Source of the DNA: Octopus vulgaris
Lineage: Eukaryota
NCBI GenBank assembly: GCA_951406725.2
Contig: OX597828.1
Location: forward strand, 48,174,001 to 48,238,000
Direction of reading: 5' to 3'
DNA length: 64,000 nucleotides
A model generated the notes under the pieces. The model ran no database searches and was not told the origin of the DNA. It saw only the letters and a list, made by a program, of their open reading frames with translations. Each line of letters opens with the position of its first letter. Within the stretch, counting starts at the first letter, position 1. Position numbers and translations under genes: made by a program. Positions 1 to 12,155 of the stretch are shown piece by piece.

Positions 1-205
1 TGTTGTTTTTGTCGTTGTTGTTGCTATATAGGGAAAGAATGAGAGCAACTGGTAGAGACTTCCTGAGCTGCTGGTTCAGAATGGAGAGAACTGTGACTTG
101 AGAACAAGCACAGACAGGTTTTAGCCATGAAATCAATACTGACCTAAACATACACAAGAACCAGTTGGAAAGGGCCTAATTTATGTAGACCAGTTGCTTT
201 TTTAA

Positions 206-291
206 ACACACACACACACACACATAGATAGTTAGATAGAAAGATAGAAAGATAGATACAGATAGGCAGACAGGGAGAGAGAGAGAGCGAA

Positions 292-374
<83 letters not shown>

Positions 375-682
375 GAGGCAAACAGAGAGAGGCAGAGAGA
401 GAGAGACACACACACAGAAAGATAGACAGAGAGAGGCAGACAGTGAGAGAGAGAGAGAGAGGCAGACAGAGAGAGTGAGAGAGAGGCAGACAGACATGAG
501 ACAGACAGGCATGGAGACAGATAGACATAGAGACAGACAGACATGGAGACAGAGAGACATGGAGACAGACAGACATGGAGACAGACAGACATGGAGACAG
601 ACAGACATGGAGATAGACAGGCAGACATGGAGACAGACAGACATGGAGATAGACAGGCAGCCATGGAAGTAGACAGGCAGAC
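206..682. repeat. Compound (AC)n/(AG)n microsatellite followed by a ~20-bp minisatellite (GACAGACATGGAGACAGACA-like)
   Basis: Visible tandem periodicity; about 8 CATGGA-containing units at ~490-680; explains the low-complexity ORFs at 144-884. Confidence 0.95.
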
Positions 683-3600
683 ACATACACACAATTGTGT
701 TCTCAATGTTCACACATGGTTTAGAAAATATACAAGAGAGAAAATGAATGAAACTGCTAGTTTATATACACTGAAATATATATGTTGCATTCAACATACA
801 ATTTGTTTTTTTCTCTTGCTTGTGCACAACCTATGCCAGCATGGAAAGCAGATGATGATGAGTACACACACACATAGAGAATAGTATGAAACTCTATATC
901 AGGATCTGTAACCTAAAGAGATCTCAAAGATAGATAACAACAGCAGCAGCAGCAGCACCAACAAGTTTTATCACTCCCCAAACATTCACAATATGTATTC
1001 TTTTTTAATCACTTTGACAGAGGAGGCAAACAGACAATACCCATACCCTTTGCTTTTTTTTTTTTTATATTGTAGTTTAAAGCCTCATAGATTGCTTGGG
1101 GAAGGAGATGAAGTTCTCCTCATATGGGAGACTTGGCCTTGAATGCTTGCCAAAGAGGGTAGTGCAGCAAAGGCAACCAACAGTAAGACAGAGTAAAACC
1201 AGGCCATAGATTAAGTCACAATACCCTGATTAAGAAACAAAATGAAAACCAAACACCATTTGACACATTTGAAGCTAGAGGGGAAGAAGGGAGAGGGTAA
1301 AAATAGATAAATACTTAAACATAATTCTGTAAAGATAGATGGGGACCTAAACATAATTCTGAAAATAATTAACATCCCCACTTTACATACATACATACAT
1401 AAATTTTTATATATACATAAATGAGGGGATAGTTATAATTCAGGTTATCACTGTCAGCACTTCATGTAGGTACAAGGTTTATTTCTTAAGTTGGTGGTGT
1501 TTCAACTCACGATGTCTGAAGATGTGAATGAATGATTATTTTATTGCACATGTTACATATATATTGTGTATGTATGGTATGGAATAAAATGTGTTTGTTT
1601 ACTGAAATGCTCATAACATGAATTTGAGTTTCTCCTTTCCTCATTTAAATTATATATAAGATTGTTTTAACAACCACTTTTCTATGATTATATGCATCAA
1701 ACAGAATTTGATGAAGCAGATGTTCTACAGTTGGATGACTTTCCCTTTGCCAACACTCACTTGTTTCTAAGCAAAGTGATATACTTCCACAGATGGACAA
1801 CTCTTCTCTGAACCAAAACCTTATAGTTTGGAGGCAAACTTCTTAACCACACATCCACACTCCCAGTTCTGCCCCACATTCACTCCTGCTTACCTTGAAC
1901 CTTGAGGGGTCCTGACAGACATGTCATCACCATTATTTTTAATCTCTTCCCTGCTCCTCCCTCTCTCTCTCTCCCCACTAAAATGTGAGAAGCCTTGTAG
2001 CCTCTCTACAGCAGGAAACATGTTCTGCGCTGACCCCCTGGGGTCCACAAAAGCAAAATAGATTGAAGATCCACAGTAGTATTTTAAGTGTCCATGAAAA
2101 ATATGTTGCTCTAGATGTATTTATTACAAGAAATAACTAGGTTTCTTTCTCAAATCTTTTACATAGTTCAGCATACACAAAGCAATGTGTGATAAACAAA
2201 ATAGGAATTTTGAAAGAATTATCGATAAAGCTAGTTTTTATGTATCAAATGGGCATGGGGGGCCACCAAAACAAAAAAATAATCAAAGGGGTCCCTAAGT
2301 AAAAAAAAAAAATGGTTGAGAAACAATGCTCTAACCCCATAATCCCCAAAGCATAAAGCTACCTTTCTCAAGATTTGTTGTCTTGCTAGCTGCATGGGGA
2401 CTTCACTAGTGCTGGTGGCACAAAAATAGCTCACTGTACAGTGTTTAGTATTAAGAAGGGTGTCTAGCTGTAGAAACCATGCCAAAATAGAAGACAATGC
2501 AGTCTTCAGACTTGTTGAATCTTGTCAAACTGTGCAACCCATGGAACATGGACATTAAATGATGATGACGATGATGCATAAAGAGAAGAGATATAGCAGT
2601 TCATTGCTGGATTGATCTCTTCATGCTTGAACACACACACAGACATGTGCATACATGTCTTATTTTGTTCTTCTTTAACTGGTTTCAGTCTCTGCACCAC
2701 ACCCATGCTGAAGCACCCACTTGAAAGGTTTTCTTTCAGTCAATCATATTGACCACAGCACTTGGGTATTTGTTTCATGTTTATTTACTCCTACCTCACC
2801 CTCTAACCCTGTCCATAATATATGTTTAGCTAGCATACTAAGAAGCCCACTGCACTACCCATCAAGCAAAATGGGAGTCTATGTGATGCTACAAATAACA
2901 GCTACAGCTTCCTCAAAATGCAGCCTGTTGACTTAGAAAAAGGACAAGACACATTAGATGTCTTAGATATACACTGATGAAATTTTAAAAAATGGGATGG
3001 TCATAACTGGATTAACACTGATGATAGTTGCGCTGAATCAGGGCTAACTAGTAACAATAACACCTTCCTGAGAGTGCTATGACCAGACCTGTGGCTCTTA
3101 AATTGGGCAGTAGCATTCCTTCTGGGGCATTGTGACATAACAAGGCTGGGCAAATGTCAACATCTTTGTAAACTCAGAGAGGAAGGCTGGTATTTGTTAC
3201 CTCCATGGTGCATTTGTGTTCAGAGGGGTCCTGATTTTTTATAATAAAATATTCAATGCTTTCATGTTTAAACTGGTCATATCCAACCCAAACTACATGC
3301 TTTATGTTCAAACTGGCCAGATCTGGCCTGTCACGCCTACTCCAAAAATATACAATCACACTACTGAAATCTTGAAGCTATGAAATAATGCATGATAGAT
3401 TCAAAAGGTGAATAAATAAGCATTACATTTGACAGTGTAAACTGAAGGCTAAAAGGTTAAACCAAGTATAATATTTATATTTTAAATAACATTTTAAAAG
3501 AAACTTTGTCGAGATATAGAATATGAGTAGGACATTCTGTTACCAGTAAGAAGAAAACAAGACTGGTGATATATCAAGGTCCAGTATGATTTCATTATGT

Positions 3601-4999
3601 AAGTCCTCATTTTCTGTTGTAATCTTCAGAACAATTTGACATAGGAGACACAAATTCATGCAAACATCCAAACATTTCAGGTGGAGTAGTATAAGGAAAT
3701 ATGGAATATAGATCATTGCACAGAATAAGGTCCTGTTGGATTAAAATATTTTTCTTCTTTCTAAACATGACATGAAGGCACTTGTAAAGTACCATTTGAT
3801 GAAGCGGGTACAGTGCTGAAGACTGTCAAGAACTACTACTCTAAACCCAGCTACAAATATACATGACCGATGAAATAGCCTCTATACAGCCACTCAATGT
3901 GTTAAAAATAGCAGCGAAATCTGCCTCAAGTCAACTTCCAAAGTCTTTCATAAAAAGGGTGGAAATATTGGATAGTGAGTGTAAAAAAAGAATGGGTTGG
4001 TTATGACTGGTCTAGGGCTAAGCAATAACAAGTATAGAGGTTTGAAGAAGGTGCCTCAACACAGTCACCCAACTTGCTAGAAATAACAGCCAAATGCAAT
4101 TGAATGACACCCTATAGTTTTTTTTTTTAAGAAGGACAAATACAATGGATTGGGTAGTTTTATATCTGAAATAGAAAAGTGACAGAGACACTAGCAATAT
4201 GATTATAACATGTGTGAGGGACGAAACTGCAGTAATGATGGACACACAGACATTTTATATTCACACCTATACATGTACACACACACACAGTTATACAGAG
4301 AGCTATAAACATACCCACACAGACAAGTGTACAAATAAGGAAAAATTTATACTGCTATGTACAAACCATACAACTATTCAAATATGTGTGTGTATGGACA
4401 CACACACACACACCATATATGTATATGACATGAAAAATGCATTCATAAATTGTATATACATCTGAATACAATAATGCATTAAGGTATACAAACAATTCTT
4501 TTTATACACTATGTATATTTATTTATACACACTGACACATACAATAGTATATGCATACACATAGTTATATAATGAATACATACACACTGTACTTATATAC
4601 AATTACATAGATGCAAAATTGTATACAAACATTTTATAGCAATATTTATATAGAATCAAGAATATACAAATACACACATAAATGCCAGATATAAACACAG
4701 ACACATTACTTTCCCCACCCAGGAATACAGATTAAACATACATACATATTCCTCTATATAAAACTATACAAACACACCTTGCTCTCTCTCTCTGTTACAC
4801 ACATACAGATGCACACACACACAGGTGCATACTCCACATTAGACACGTATAGGCAGACACTGCTTTTTACCCAGAGGATCCCCTATCACTATCATTACAC
4901 AACTGTCAACATCATCATCATCACTACCACCACCACCACCACCACCACCATCAACAATACTACCAACACAAAAACTGATGGAGCCCAAGCAAATACAGG

Positions 5000-5230
5000 A
5001 GCCTCTAAGTAGTTGCCTATTTTGCTAGAAATAACAGCCAAATCTCTTTCAAATCACACCTTAGAGACGACAAAGAGAAAAAAAAAAAGAGTGAGTGACT
5101 GATATGATTTTAGATAACCATTTTTTCTTTTCAACTGGAAAAAAAATAGTATGATAGATGGGATAGCCATGGTTGGAATGCTTTTTCATCATGTCTGCTC
5201 TTGATCAGAACTGACCAGGAGTTAAACACC
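5000..5230 (+). mobile_element. Old interspersed repeat with (CAA)n tail (GCTAGAAATAGCAGCCAAATC...GATGGGATGGTCATGGCTGGAATG), probably a retroposon 3' end
   Basis: Related copies at ~2870-3060, 3880-4030, 4050-4170, 13555-13740(-), 19510-19625, 30670-30850 and 40850-41050. Confidence 0.6.
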
Positions 5231-5686
5231 ACTATCACCACCACCACCACCACCACCACCATACTACTGTTCCAATGCCATTTAGTAAGTTCAGCTCCAT
5301 CATCAGACACCTGTTTCACCACCACCACCACCATCACACAACTGTTCTACCACCACCACCACCATCACCAAACAAGTAGTCTAACATCACAGTCACCATC
5401 ACTGTATCACTACATCAACACACAAACAATAACGGCAACAACAACAGCAAACAACAACAACAACAACTAGGCTGGCATAAACATTTATAAGATTTTGTTT
5501 GAAAAAAGTTTCATTTATATTATATTTATAAACCCGGGTGTCTCTCTTGTTGTTATTCGTGTTTGGTGGCAGCAACAAGCTATTTGCAGTAGTATGTCTT
5601 TAAATAGCATCACCTTGGTGATGATGATGGAGAGAAATGGGTGGTAGTGGTGGCCATGACGAGGAGCCGGAGAAAGGAAGGAGGTG

Positions 5687-5689
<3 letters not shown>

Positions 5690-5732
<43 letters not shown>

Positions 5733-5916
5733 CTTTGGGAGACCGTATGTGTGTGTGGGAGGGAGTGGGGGGGGGGCGACACGGCAGCATCATCTCTCAT
5801 TGATATTTTTCTACCAGTCATTCTGCTTCTGTGCAAATTTACTGAGAGAGCAAGTCAAAGAGGGAGAGAGAGAGAGTCAGAGAGAGAGAGAGAGAGAGTC
5901 AGAGAGAGAGAGAGAG

Positions 5917-5985
<69 letters not shown>
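5690..5985. repeat. (GA)n microsatellites, the second periodically interrupted by GTCA
   Basis: Directly visible. Confidence 0.9.
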
Positions 5986-5986
<1 letters not shown>

Positions 5987-6261
5987 GATTACTAAACACA
6001 ACATTGCCTGCACAAATGAAAAGATGGATTTTCTATTATAGCAATTAATTATGACTAACATAGGCATGAAGACAGAAGAGGGAGCTAGCCAACAGTCTCA
6101 GCCCCTAGTATTTGACTGGTACTATTTTTTTTTAATGAACTCTGCCTGAAAGACCAAAGAGCAAAGTCAACCTCAGCAGGTTTGGAACCTACAAATGCAA
6201 AAATGGTGATGTCCCTAAAGACAATAAGGAATTTTACTGATTCTGTCAATCCAATATATAT

Positions 6262-7011
6262 ATCATCATCATTATTGTTTGACGTTCACTTTCCATGCTG
6301 GCATGGGTTGGACGGTTTGACTGAGGGCTGGCAAGTCAGAAGGCTAATGCCAACCACTCTGAGAGTATAGTCGGTGCTTTTTACATGCCACCGGCATGGG
6401 TGCCAGTCAGGCGGTACTGGCATTGGCCATAACAATGATTTCACACAGTTTATTGCCTAATGATTGAAGAGTATTCTTAAATGGACTGGTTATGCTGCAT
6501 TGGCATAGGCCATGGTTACGGTCTTACTTGACTTGCTGGGTCTTCTCAAGTACAGCATATCTCCAAAGGTCTTGGTCACTTATCATTGCCTCCGTGAGGC
6601 CCAGTGTTTGAAGGTTGTGCTTCACCACTTCATCTCAGGTCTTCCTGGGTCTATCTCTTTCACAGGTTCCCTCTACTTCTAGGGGGTGACACTTTTCTGT
6701 AGTTTCTGCATTAACTACCAGATAAGGGATCAAGGGACCCTGTCAAAGGCTTTCTCCATGTCAATGAAAGCCAGGTACAGAGGTTTATCTTTGGCTAGGT
6801 ATTTCTCCTGCAGCTATCTTACCAGAAATATAGCATCAGTGGTGCTTTCCCCTGGCACAAACCCAAACTGCATCTCGTTTAAACTAATTCTCTCTGTGAC
6901 TTTCATTACCTGATCCAACAACTTGATACCTCTGTAATTATTCGTATCTAATGCATCACCTTTACCTTTGTAGTAGTTGACTATGGTGCTGCTACACCAG
7001 TAATTGGGTAT
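6262..7011 (-). mobile_element. Internally deleted RTE-clade LINE remnant (RT N-terminal part fused to ORF C-terminus, 3' UTR and (GAT)n tail)
   Basis: Minus strand gives YKGKGDALDTNNYRGIKLL...MQFGFVPGESTTDAIFLVR*LQEKYLAKDKPLYLAFIDMEKAFDRVP (non-LTR RT), joined at ~6699 to KCHPLEVEGTCERDRPRKT*DEVVKHNL...WRYAVLEKTQQVK* (stop 6524-6526). The UTR ends in CCATGCCAGCATGGAAAG...GATGATGAT. Confidence 0.9.
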
Positions 7012-7012
7012 A

Positions 7013-7282
7013 GGCACAGGAGTGGCTGTGTGGCACCTTGGGCAAGTGTCTTCTACCATAGCCTCAGACTGACCAAAGCCTTGTGAGTGGATTTGGTAGA
7101 CAGAAACTGAAAGAAGCCCATTATATATATATATATATATATACATATATAATATTTTTGTAGAAGATAAAAATTTCAGTTGTTAGTACTTTACATCCAA
7201 AAATAAAATCATGCTTACAGTGATTTATAAGACTTGGATGAGATACATGTTTAGATTAAAAATTCAAATAATTAAACATAAT

Positions 7283-7330
<48 letters not shown>

Positions 7331-7810
7331 AAAATAATAAGGTATAAAAAAATATATATAAATAAAAATAATTATTATTTGAATTTTTAATATAATCCTG
7401 TATCCCATCCAAGTCTTATGAATCATTGTAAGCACGGTTTCGCTTTTGGATGTAAAGTACTGACAATTGAAATTTTTATCTTCTCCAAAAAAATTTGGTC
7501 CAAAAGGTCCAAAAATTTTTATTACTCCTTACCTCATTAGTGAGCACAAAAAAAAAAAGTTACACTATATACAGGGTATTGTTTCCATTAAAAATTCCCT
7601 TACATATGTATTTGTGTTGTCTGTGTTTGTCCCCTCCACCATTGCTTGACAACTGATGTTGGTGTGTTTACGTCCCCGTAACTCATGGGTTCAGCTAAAG
7701 AGACCTATAAAATTAGTACTATGATTAAAAAGAATAAGTACTGGGGTCGATTTGTTCGATTAAAGGCGGTGCGTCAGCATGGCCGCAGTCAAATGACTGA
7801 AACAAGAATA
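7013..7810 (+). mobile_element. CORE-like tRNA-derived SINE, split by an insertion in its central microsatellite
   Basis: Head 7013-7120 and tail ~7605-7810 match the full copies at 33076 and 62163; about 50 bp of the head is deleted between GTGG repeats. Confidence 0.85.
7155..7492. mobile_element. Foldback insertion: ~115-bp imperfect inverted arms around an AT-rich spacer
   Basis: TTTTTGTAGAAGATAAAAATTTCAGTTGTTAGTACTTTACATCCAAAA... is the reverse complement of ...TTTTGGATGTAAAGTACTGACAATTGAAATTTTTATCTTCTCCAAAAA. Confidence 0.8.
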
Positions 7811-8181
7811 ATATATACATATATATATATATTTATTTGTTCCTATTTTCCAAAAGCGTCGTGAGTTCAAAATGTTGCCTTTTTTTTTTGTTGAAAAAAT
7901 GAAAATATAGTTCCATCATTCCATAACCATTGTATTACACTTTGACAATTTTCGATACCTGGGTGGCTGAAGCAGCTGGAGATACGATAGTTTGACCAAA
8001 AGAACTGGCTATTGCAAACAAAAATAAATATTGAAAAAAACGCATTAGGCCAGATTTGGACATACGACAGTTTAACATAATAGCAACAATTTTATATATA
8101 TATATATATATATATAGAATAGAAATACAAAATGGCTGACGGTTAGTAAGGAGAGACACAAATAAGTAAGAAGAAAACAAA

Positions 8182-8226
8182 GGACCACTGATGCGATCAC
8201 AGGAGTGTGACGAAAGAACTCTGGCC
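8182..8226 (+). ncRNA. Degenerate minimal hammerhead ribozyme motif within a TA-flanked insertion (8115-8345)
   Basis: CCA-CTGATGC-GA[TCACA GGAG TGTGA]C-GAA-AG AA CT-C-TGG; type I topology with A9>C. Confidence 0.5.
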
Positions 8227-8340
8227 GAAATAAGATTAAGATTAATGTAAAAAATAAATAACACTGAAGCAAAATAACACCAAATATATAGTGCGTGTGT
8301 TTTTATTGGCTAAACTGGCAATATGACCATTCCGAAATAT

Positions 8341-8376
<36 letters not shown>

Positions 8377-8478
8377 GGATACCTCATCCTACGTCATTAA
8401 TTAGTTCCAGGAGACACGACCTAAGTCGAATCAACTTGTCTCTAGGCGAAACCGATAATCAGCATTCCCAGTTCTGTA

Positions 8479-8811
8479 CTTTATTTATGAATGCATTTTC
8501 AATAATAAATGGTTAATAAAAACCTATTTTAAGCTTATAAACAAATAATTTCTATTTTTTAATACAGTACAGTAAAACAAAAAAAAAAAAAAAGAAATCT
8601 AAATTTACAAATGCAATTTGGCAGTGTTTACCATACATTGTGGATGCTTTATTTATGAATGCGGTTTGCAATAAGAAATGGTAAAATAAAAGCCTTTGTT
8701 TAAGCTTAAAAAATAATCAGTAATTACTATTCTGCAACAGTAAAAAAAAAAAAAAACTAATTTTAAATTTACCAAACTATACATACAATTTCGTGGTTTA
8801 CATCGTGGATG
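8479..8811. repeat. Diverged 168-bp tandem dimer
   Basis: CTTTATTTATGAATGC recurs at 8479 and 8647, each followed by similar AAGCTT, poly-A, AAATTTAC and GTGGATG blocks. Confidence 0.75.
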
Positions 8812-9167
8812 TAGATGGCGCTGTAGATCGTCAACATCAACAGCTGACTCAGGTTGTTTTTGTTGCTCGATGTGTTCACTAAGCTACACTATGGTGTGTA
8901 TTTTAACATTTACTGTATGTATTTTAATATGATTTTATATGCTTTTATTCTTATTTATTGTACAGTAACATGATTTTATGCGCTTTTAACAGTTTCCCAG
9001 TAATTTTACGATTCCAATATTTTGTGGCAGACAGATGTAAAGTCAAATAAAATGATTTAACTTGATTTTTATTTTTCTATATATTATTTTTGGAAACTGA
9101 TAAATTATTGAAAATGACTTAAACTGAAACAACTTAAGCCAAGGTATGCCTGTATATATACATACGT

Positions 9168-9480
9168 GGAAGGCGTGTGGCTCAGTGGTTAGGGGGATTC
9201 AGCTCATAGTTGTAAAGCTGTGGGTTTGATTCCTGGTGACATGTGTCCTTAAACAAGACACTTTATTTCTTATTGCTCCAGTCCAACCAGCTGGCAAAAA
9301 CGAGTTGTGCCTGTATTTCAAAGGGCCAATCTTGTGTTCTGTGTCATGCTGAATCTTGCTAAGAACTATATGAAGGGTACATGTGTCTATGGAGTGCTCA
9401 GCCACAAACACAGTTTCATGAGCAGGCTGTTCTGTTGATTGGATCAACTGGAACATTCATCATTGTAACCAATGAAGAGC
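9168..9480 (+). mobile_element. tRNA-derived SINE, second family (diverged copy)
   Basis: A-box TGGCTCAGTGG, B-box-like GGTTTGATTCC; body matches 26227-26614. Related copies or heads at 14950-15265(-), 27605-27950(+), 54845-55070(+) and 57630-57880(+). Confidence 0.8.
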
Positions 9481-10008
9481 TAGGTCAGGCTCTGTGTGTG
9501 TGTGTGTGTGTGTGTGTAGACAGACAGATAAACAAATAGAGTTTAATGTTCTGTTAAGGTAGGATCAACAAAATGAGTATTCCATCCAGTGAGAGATGAA
9601 TATCACTTAATGTATACAATATAAAGATATGAGCTACTAAGTTTTTTGCCATAGAAGCAATGAAATAAGGTAGGGTTATATAATGTGCCTTCTGTCTCCA
9701 AGCATTCTTCCATGTGCCCTGAGCCAGAAGATTACTTGGAGACACAAAGTGTGTTATATAAAACTGCCTAACCTCAGTGACACTATGGTAAGAAACTATC
9801 AGTAGCTCTTATTTTAAATATTGTGTACATTAAATGATATACATACCACTGCATCAATCAGACTATCAGATGTTATACACCACTGGGCCTAACATTTGCA
9901 TTGTTATAGCTTTCGTATGATGCCATCCTATTGGCTGAGTGGGCAGGCTAATATTTCACCTGAATGGAATGTTAGCCCATTGTAGGGTTACCATTTTACA
10001 GCTGAGTG

Positions 10009-10329
10009 GCTTGGAGCAACATGAAATGAAGTGTTCTGCTCAAGAACACAATACTCCACTGATCTGAAAATTCAAACACCCAAACCTCAAGGCCATGTAC
10101 CTACACAAACACCCATACATACATTTACTGAATATACAAAATATATACAAGCATTGATATACAAAGATGGTCTTTGTATATGAATGTTTGTATATATTTT
10201 GTATATTCAGTAAATGTATGTATGGGTGTTTGTGTAGGTACATGGCCTTGAGGTTTGGGTGTTTGAATTTTCAGATCAGTGGAGTATTGTGTTCTTGAGC
10301 AGAACACTTCATTTCATGTTGCTCCGAGC
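10009..10329. repeat. Near-perfect long inverted repeat (159-bp arms, 3-nt loop)
   Basis: 10009-10167 is the reverse complement of 10171-10329 with three non-Watson-Crick positions. Confidence 0.97.
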
Positions 10330-10639
10330 ATTGGTTGCCCCGTGGCTATAGTAGAAGACACCTGCCCAAGATACCAGGCAGTGAAACTGACCCTTAAACC
10401 AGACAGTTGGCAAGGTCAATAGCTTTTAGTCACTAGTCCAAGATTTTTGTGGATTCAGATGGCACATTAGTGCAGTGAAGTAAGCTGAGCTGGGAAATCA
10501 AAATTACATTACTGATACATTGTGCCAGTGAGTTCCTACCTAGGGACCCAAAATTAACAACATCAGCTGGGCCAAAAGAGAGAGCCAACAGATGATCACC
10601 AGACCTGTTAAGTCTGTTGAATCACATGATGATGCCATC

Positions 10640-10849
10640 TTAACCTTTTAACGTTCAGTAATGCTTAATCATTCACATTGTTTTGAATTAATTTTGCCTT
10701 ATTCTATAACATCAAAATTTCAATGACATGATTATTTAGTTTTTGAATGACACTGTAGTGTAGGTGTGAAAGGCCAGATCTGGTCAGTTTGAACATAAAG
10801 CATATGATATCAGGGCTGGATATGGCCAGTATAAATGCTAAAAGGTTAA
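10640..10849. mobile_element. piggyBac-type MITE (diverged)
   Basis: TTAACCTTTTAACGTT...AATGCTAAAAGGTTAA; same family as 34593-34797. Confidence 0.7.
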
Positions 10850-11619
10850 ACAAGGAGGGACAGACTGGACAATATAGTTCTGAAAATAAAGAGTTGAGAT
10901 GATGACGGTTGAATAACTTTGAACATAGAGCAACTGAATCAAAGAGTCAAACTAGAATTTAACAACAATTTAAGCACCAGTAATGTAATATATAACAGAT
11001 GTTTAGTGAAATAATATCTCTTCACTCTTAAATGCATTCTCGTATTTCCATATTCATGTGTAAATGTATATATCATCATCATCATCATAACCATTTAATG
11101 TCCGTTTCAATAACTGCTTTAACAGAACTGGACCAAACTCCACCGCCTGCTTCGGCATTGATTTCTATGGTTGGATCTCCTTAATACTTCTTTTGTTTCA
11201 TCTATTAGATCTTTGTTGGTATATTCATTTTCCGTTTTCTAAACTCAGAAAGATTCAGAATAATACTGAATAGAAAACCCGCTTTCATGATATTTACCAA
11301 TGTACTTGGCTGTTGTTTTGTCTCATTTTACATGTGTGCATTTATAAAGGAAGGCATGAAATTGACTTTTGGCAAACTGACAATATCAGCCAATACTAGT
11401 GATACTCTGAGGGAACTGACCTTTTCCCTTATGAAACTAAACTGATGCTTTATTGAAATTCATTGAATGATACTTCAATAAAGGCTTTTCTGTTTGCAAA
11501 TGTATATTTATACACACATATTCTTAGTGGCTACAAGGTGAGAAGTTTGGTTCCCAACCACATGGTTCTGGGTTTAGTCCCAATGTGTAGTACCTTGGCT
11601 ATGTATGTATATATATATA

Positions 11620-11776
11620 TGTTTCTCTCCTTGTTTTTTTTGTGTCCCTTTCTGTAGAAGAGCGTAGGCTCGAAACATAAAAGACTTTTTCTATTCCTGA
11701 GCATTATACTAATACATCTGTTTGTTTTGTACACCATGTGTCTTCATCTTTTGTTTTTTTCGTAAACTCTCCCTAT
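11620..11776 (+). mobile_element. Short PLE-type repeat with hammerhead-like hairpin, inserted in (TA)n
   Basis: CTTT-CTGTAGA-A-GAGC GTAG GCTC-GAAAC-AT-A-AAAG at 11648-11683; homologous copies at ~15870-15995, 36185-36360, 42465-42665, 49248-49400(-) and 53672-53852(-). Confidence 0.7.
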
Positions 11777-11790
11777 ACATATATATACAT

Positions 11791-11821
<31 letters not shown>

Positions 11822-11889
11822 GATATGTAGAAAAATACAAACTGAGACAAGAATGCATAAAAACTTATATATATATATATATATATATC

Positions 11890-12155
11890 TTACCTGATGA
11901 GATTGATGCATTGCTGATCATTATTCATCCTGTTGGATGTATTTTGAATGCGTCCATCGAAACATGTCGATGATATGAAGATATGATTTAATAACATCTT
12001 GAGAGTTTGTCTCTGTTTAAAATTTCTCCTAGTTTCTCCTAAATATATCTCGCTTCTCCCCGGAATCAAATCCCACACAAGTGTGACCATTGTTTCCTGG
12101 GACACTTAAGCAACATTTAGCTACCTTGTAATTATTCCCCTCGATCTTTCCTCAA
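11890..12155 (-). mobile_element. Penelope-like element remnant (GIY-YIG endonuclease fragment)
   Basis: VWDLIPGRSEIYLGETRRNFKQR resembles the PLE motif CxxCxxxYIGETxRxxxxR; adjacent HHR; (TA)n on both sides. Confidence 0.55.
11894..11968 (+). ncRNA. Minimal type I hammerhead ribozyme with extended stem II
   Basis: CTGATGA (11894-11900); stem II GATTGATGCATT/AATGCGTCCATC (11 of 12 paired); GAAAC-AT-GTC gives palindromic stem III and a GUC cleavage triplet; stem I is weak. Confidence 0.65.

Noticed and set aside
1-143. Possible minus-strand exon after a TTTAG acceptor
   Set aside because: One open frame of ~47 codons with no recognisable protein and no partner exons; cannot be supported.
144-884. 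Long ORFs (up to 189 aa), and similar ones at 22442, 28161-28809, 32147-32671 and 51673-52347
   Set aside because: Translations of di- and tetranucleotide repeats that are open in several frames; no protein-like content.
8400-8460. Hairpin followed by GAAACCGATA
   Set aside because: No upstream CUGANGA-like box.
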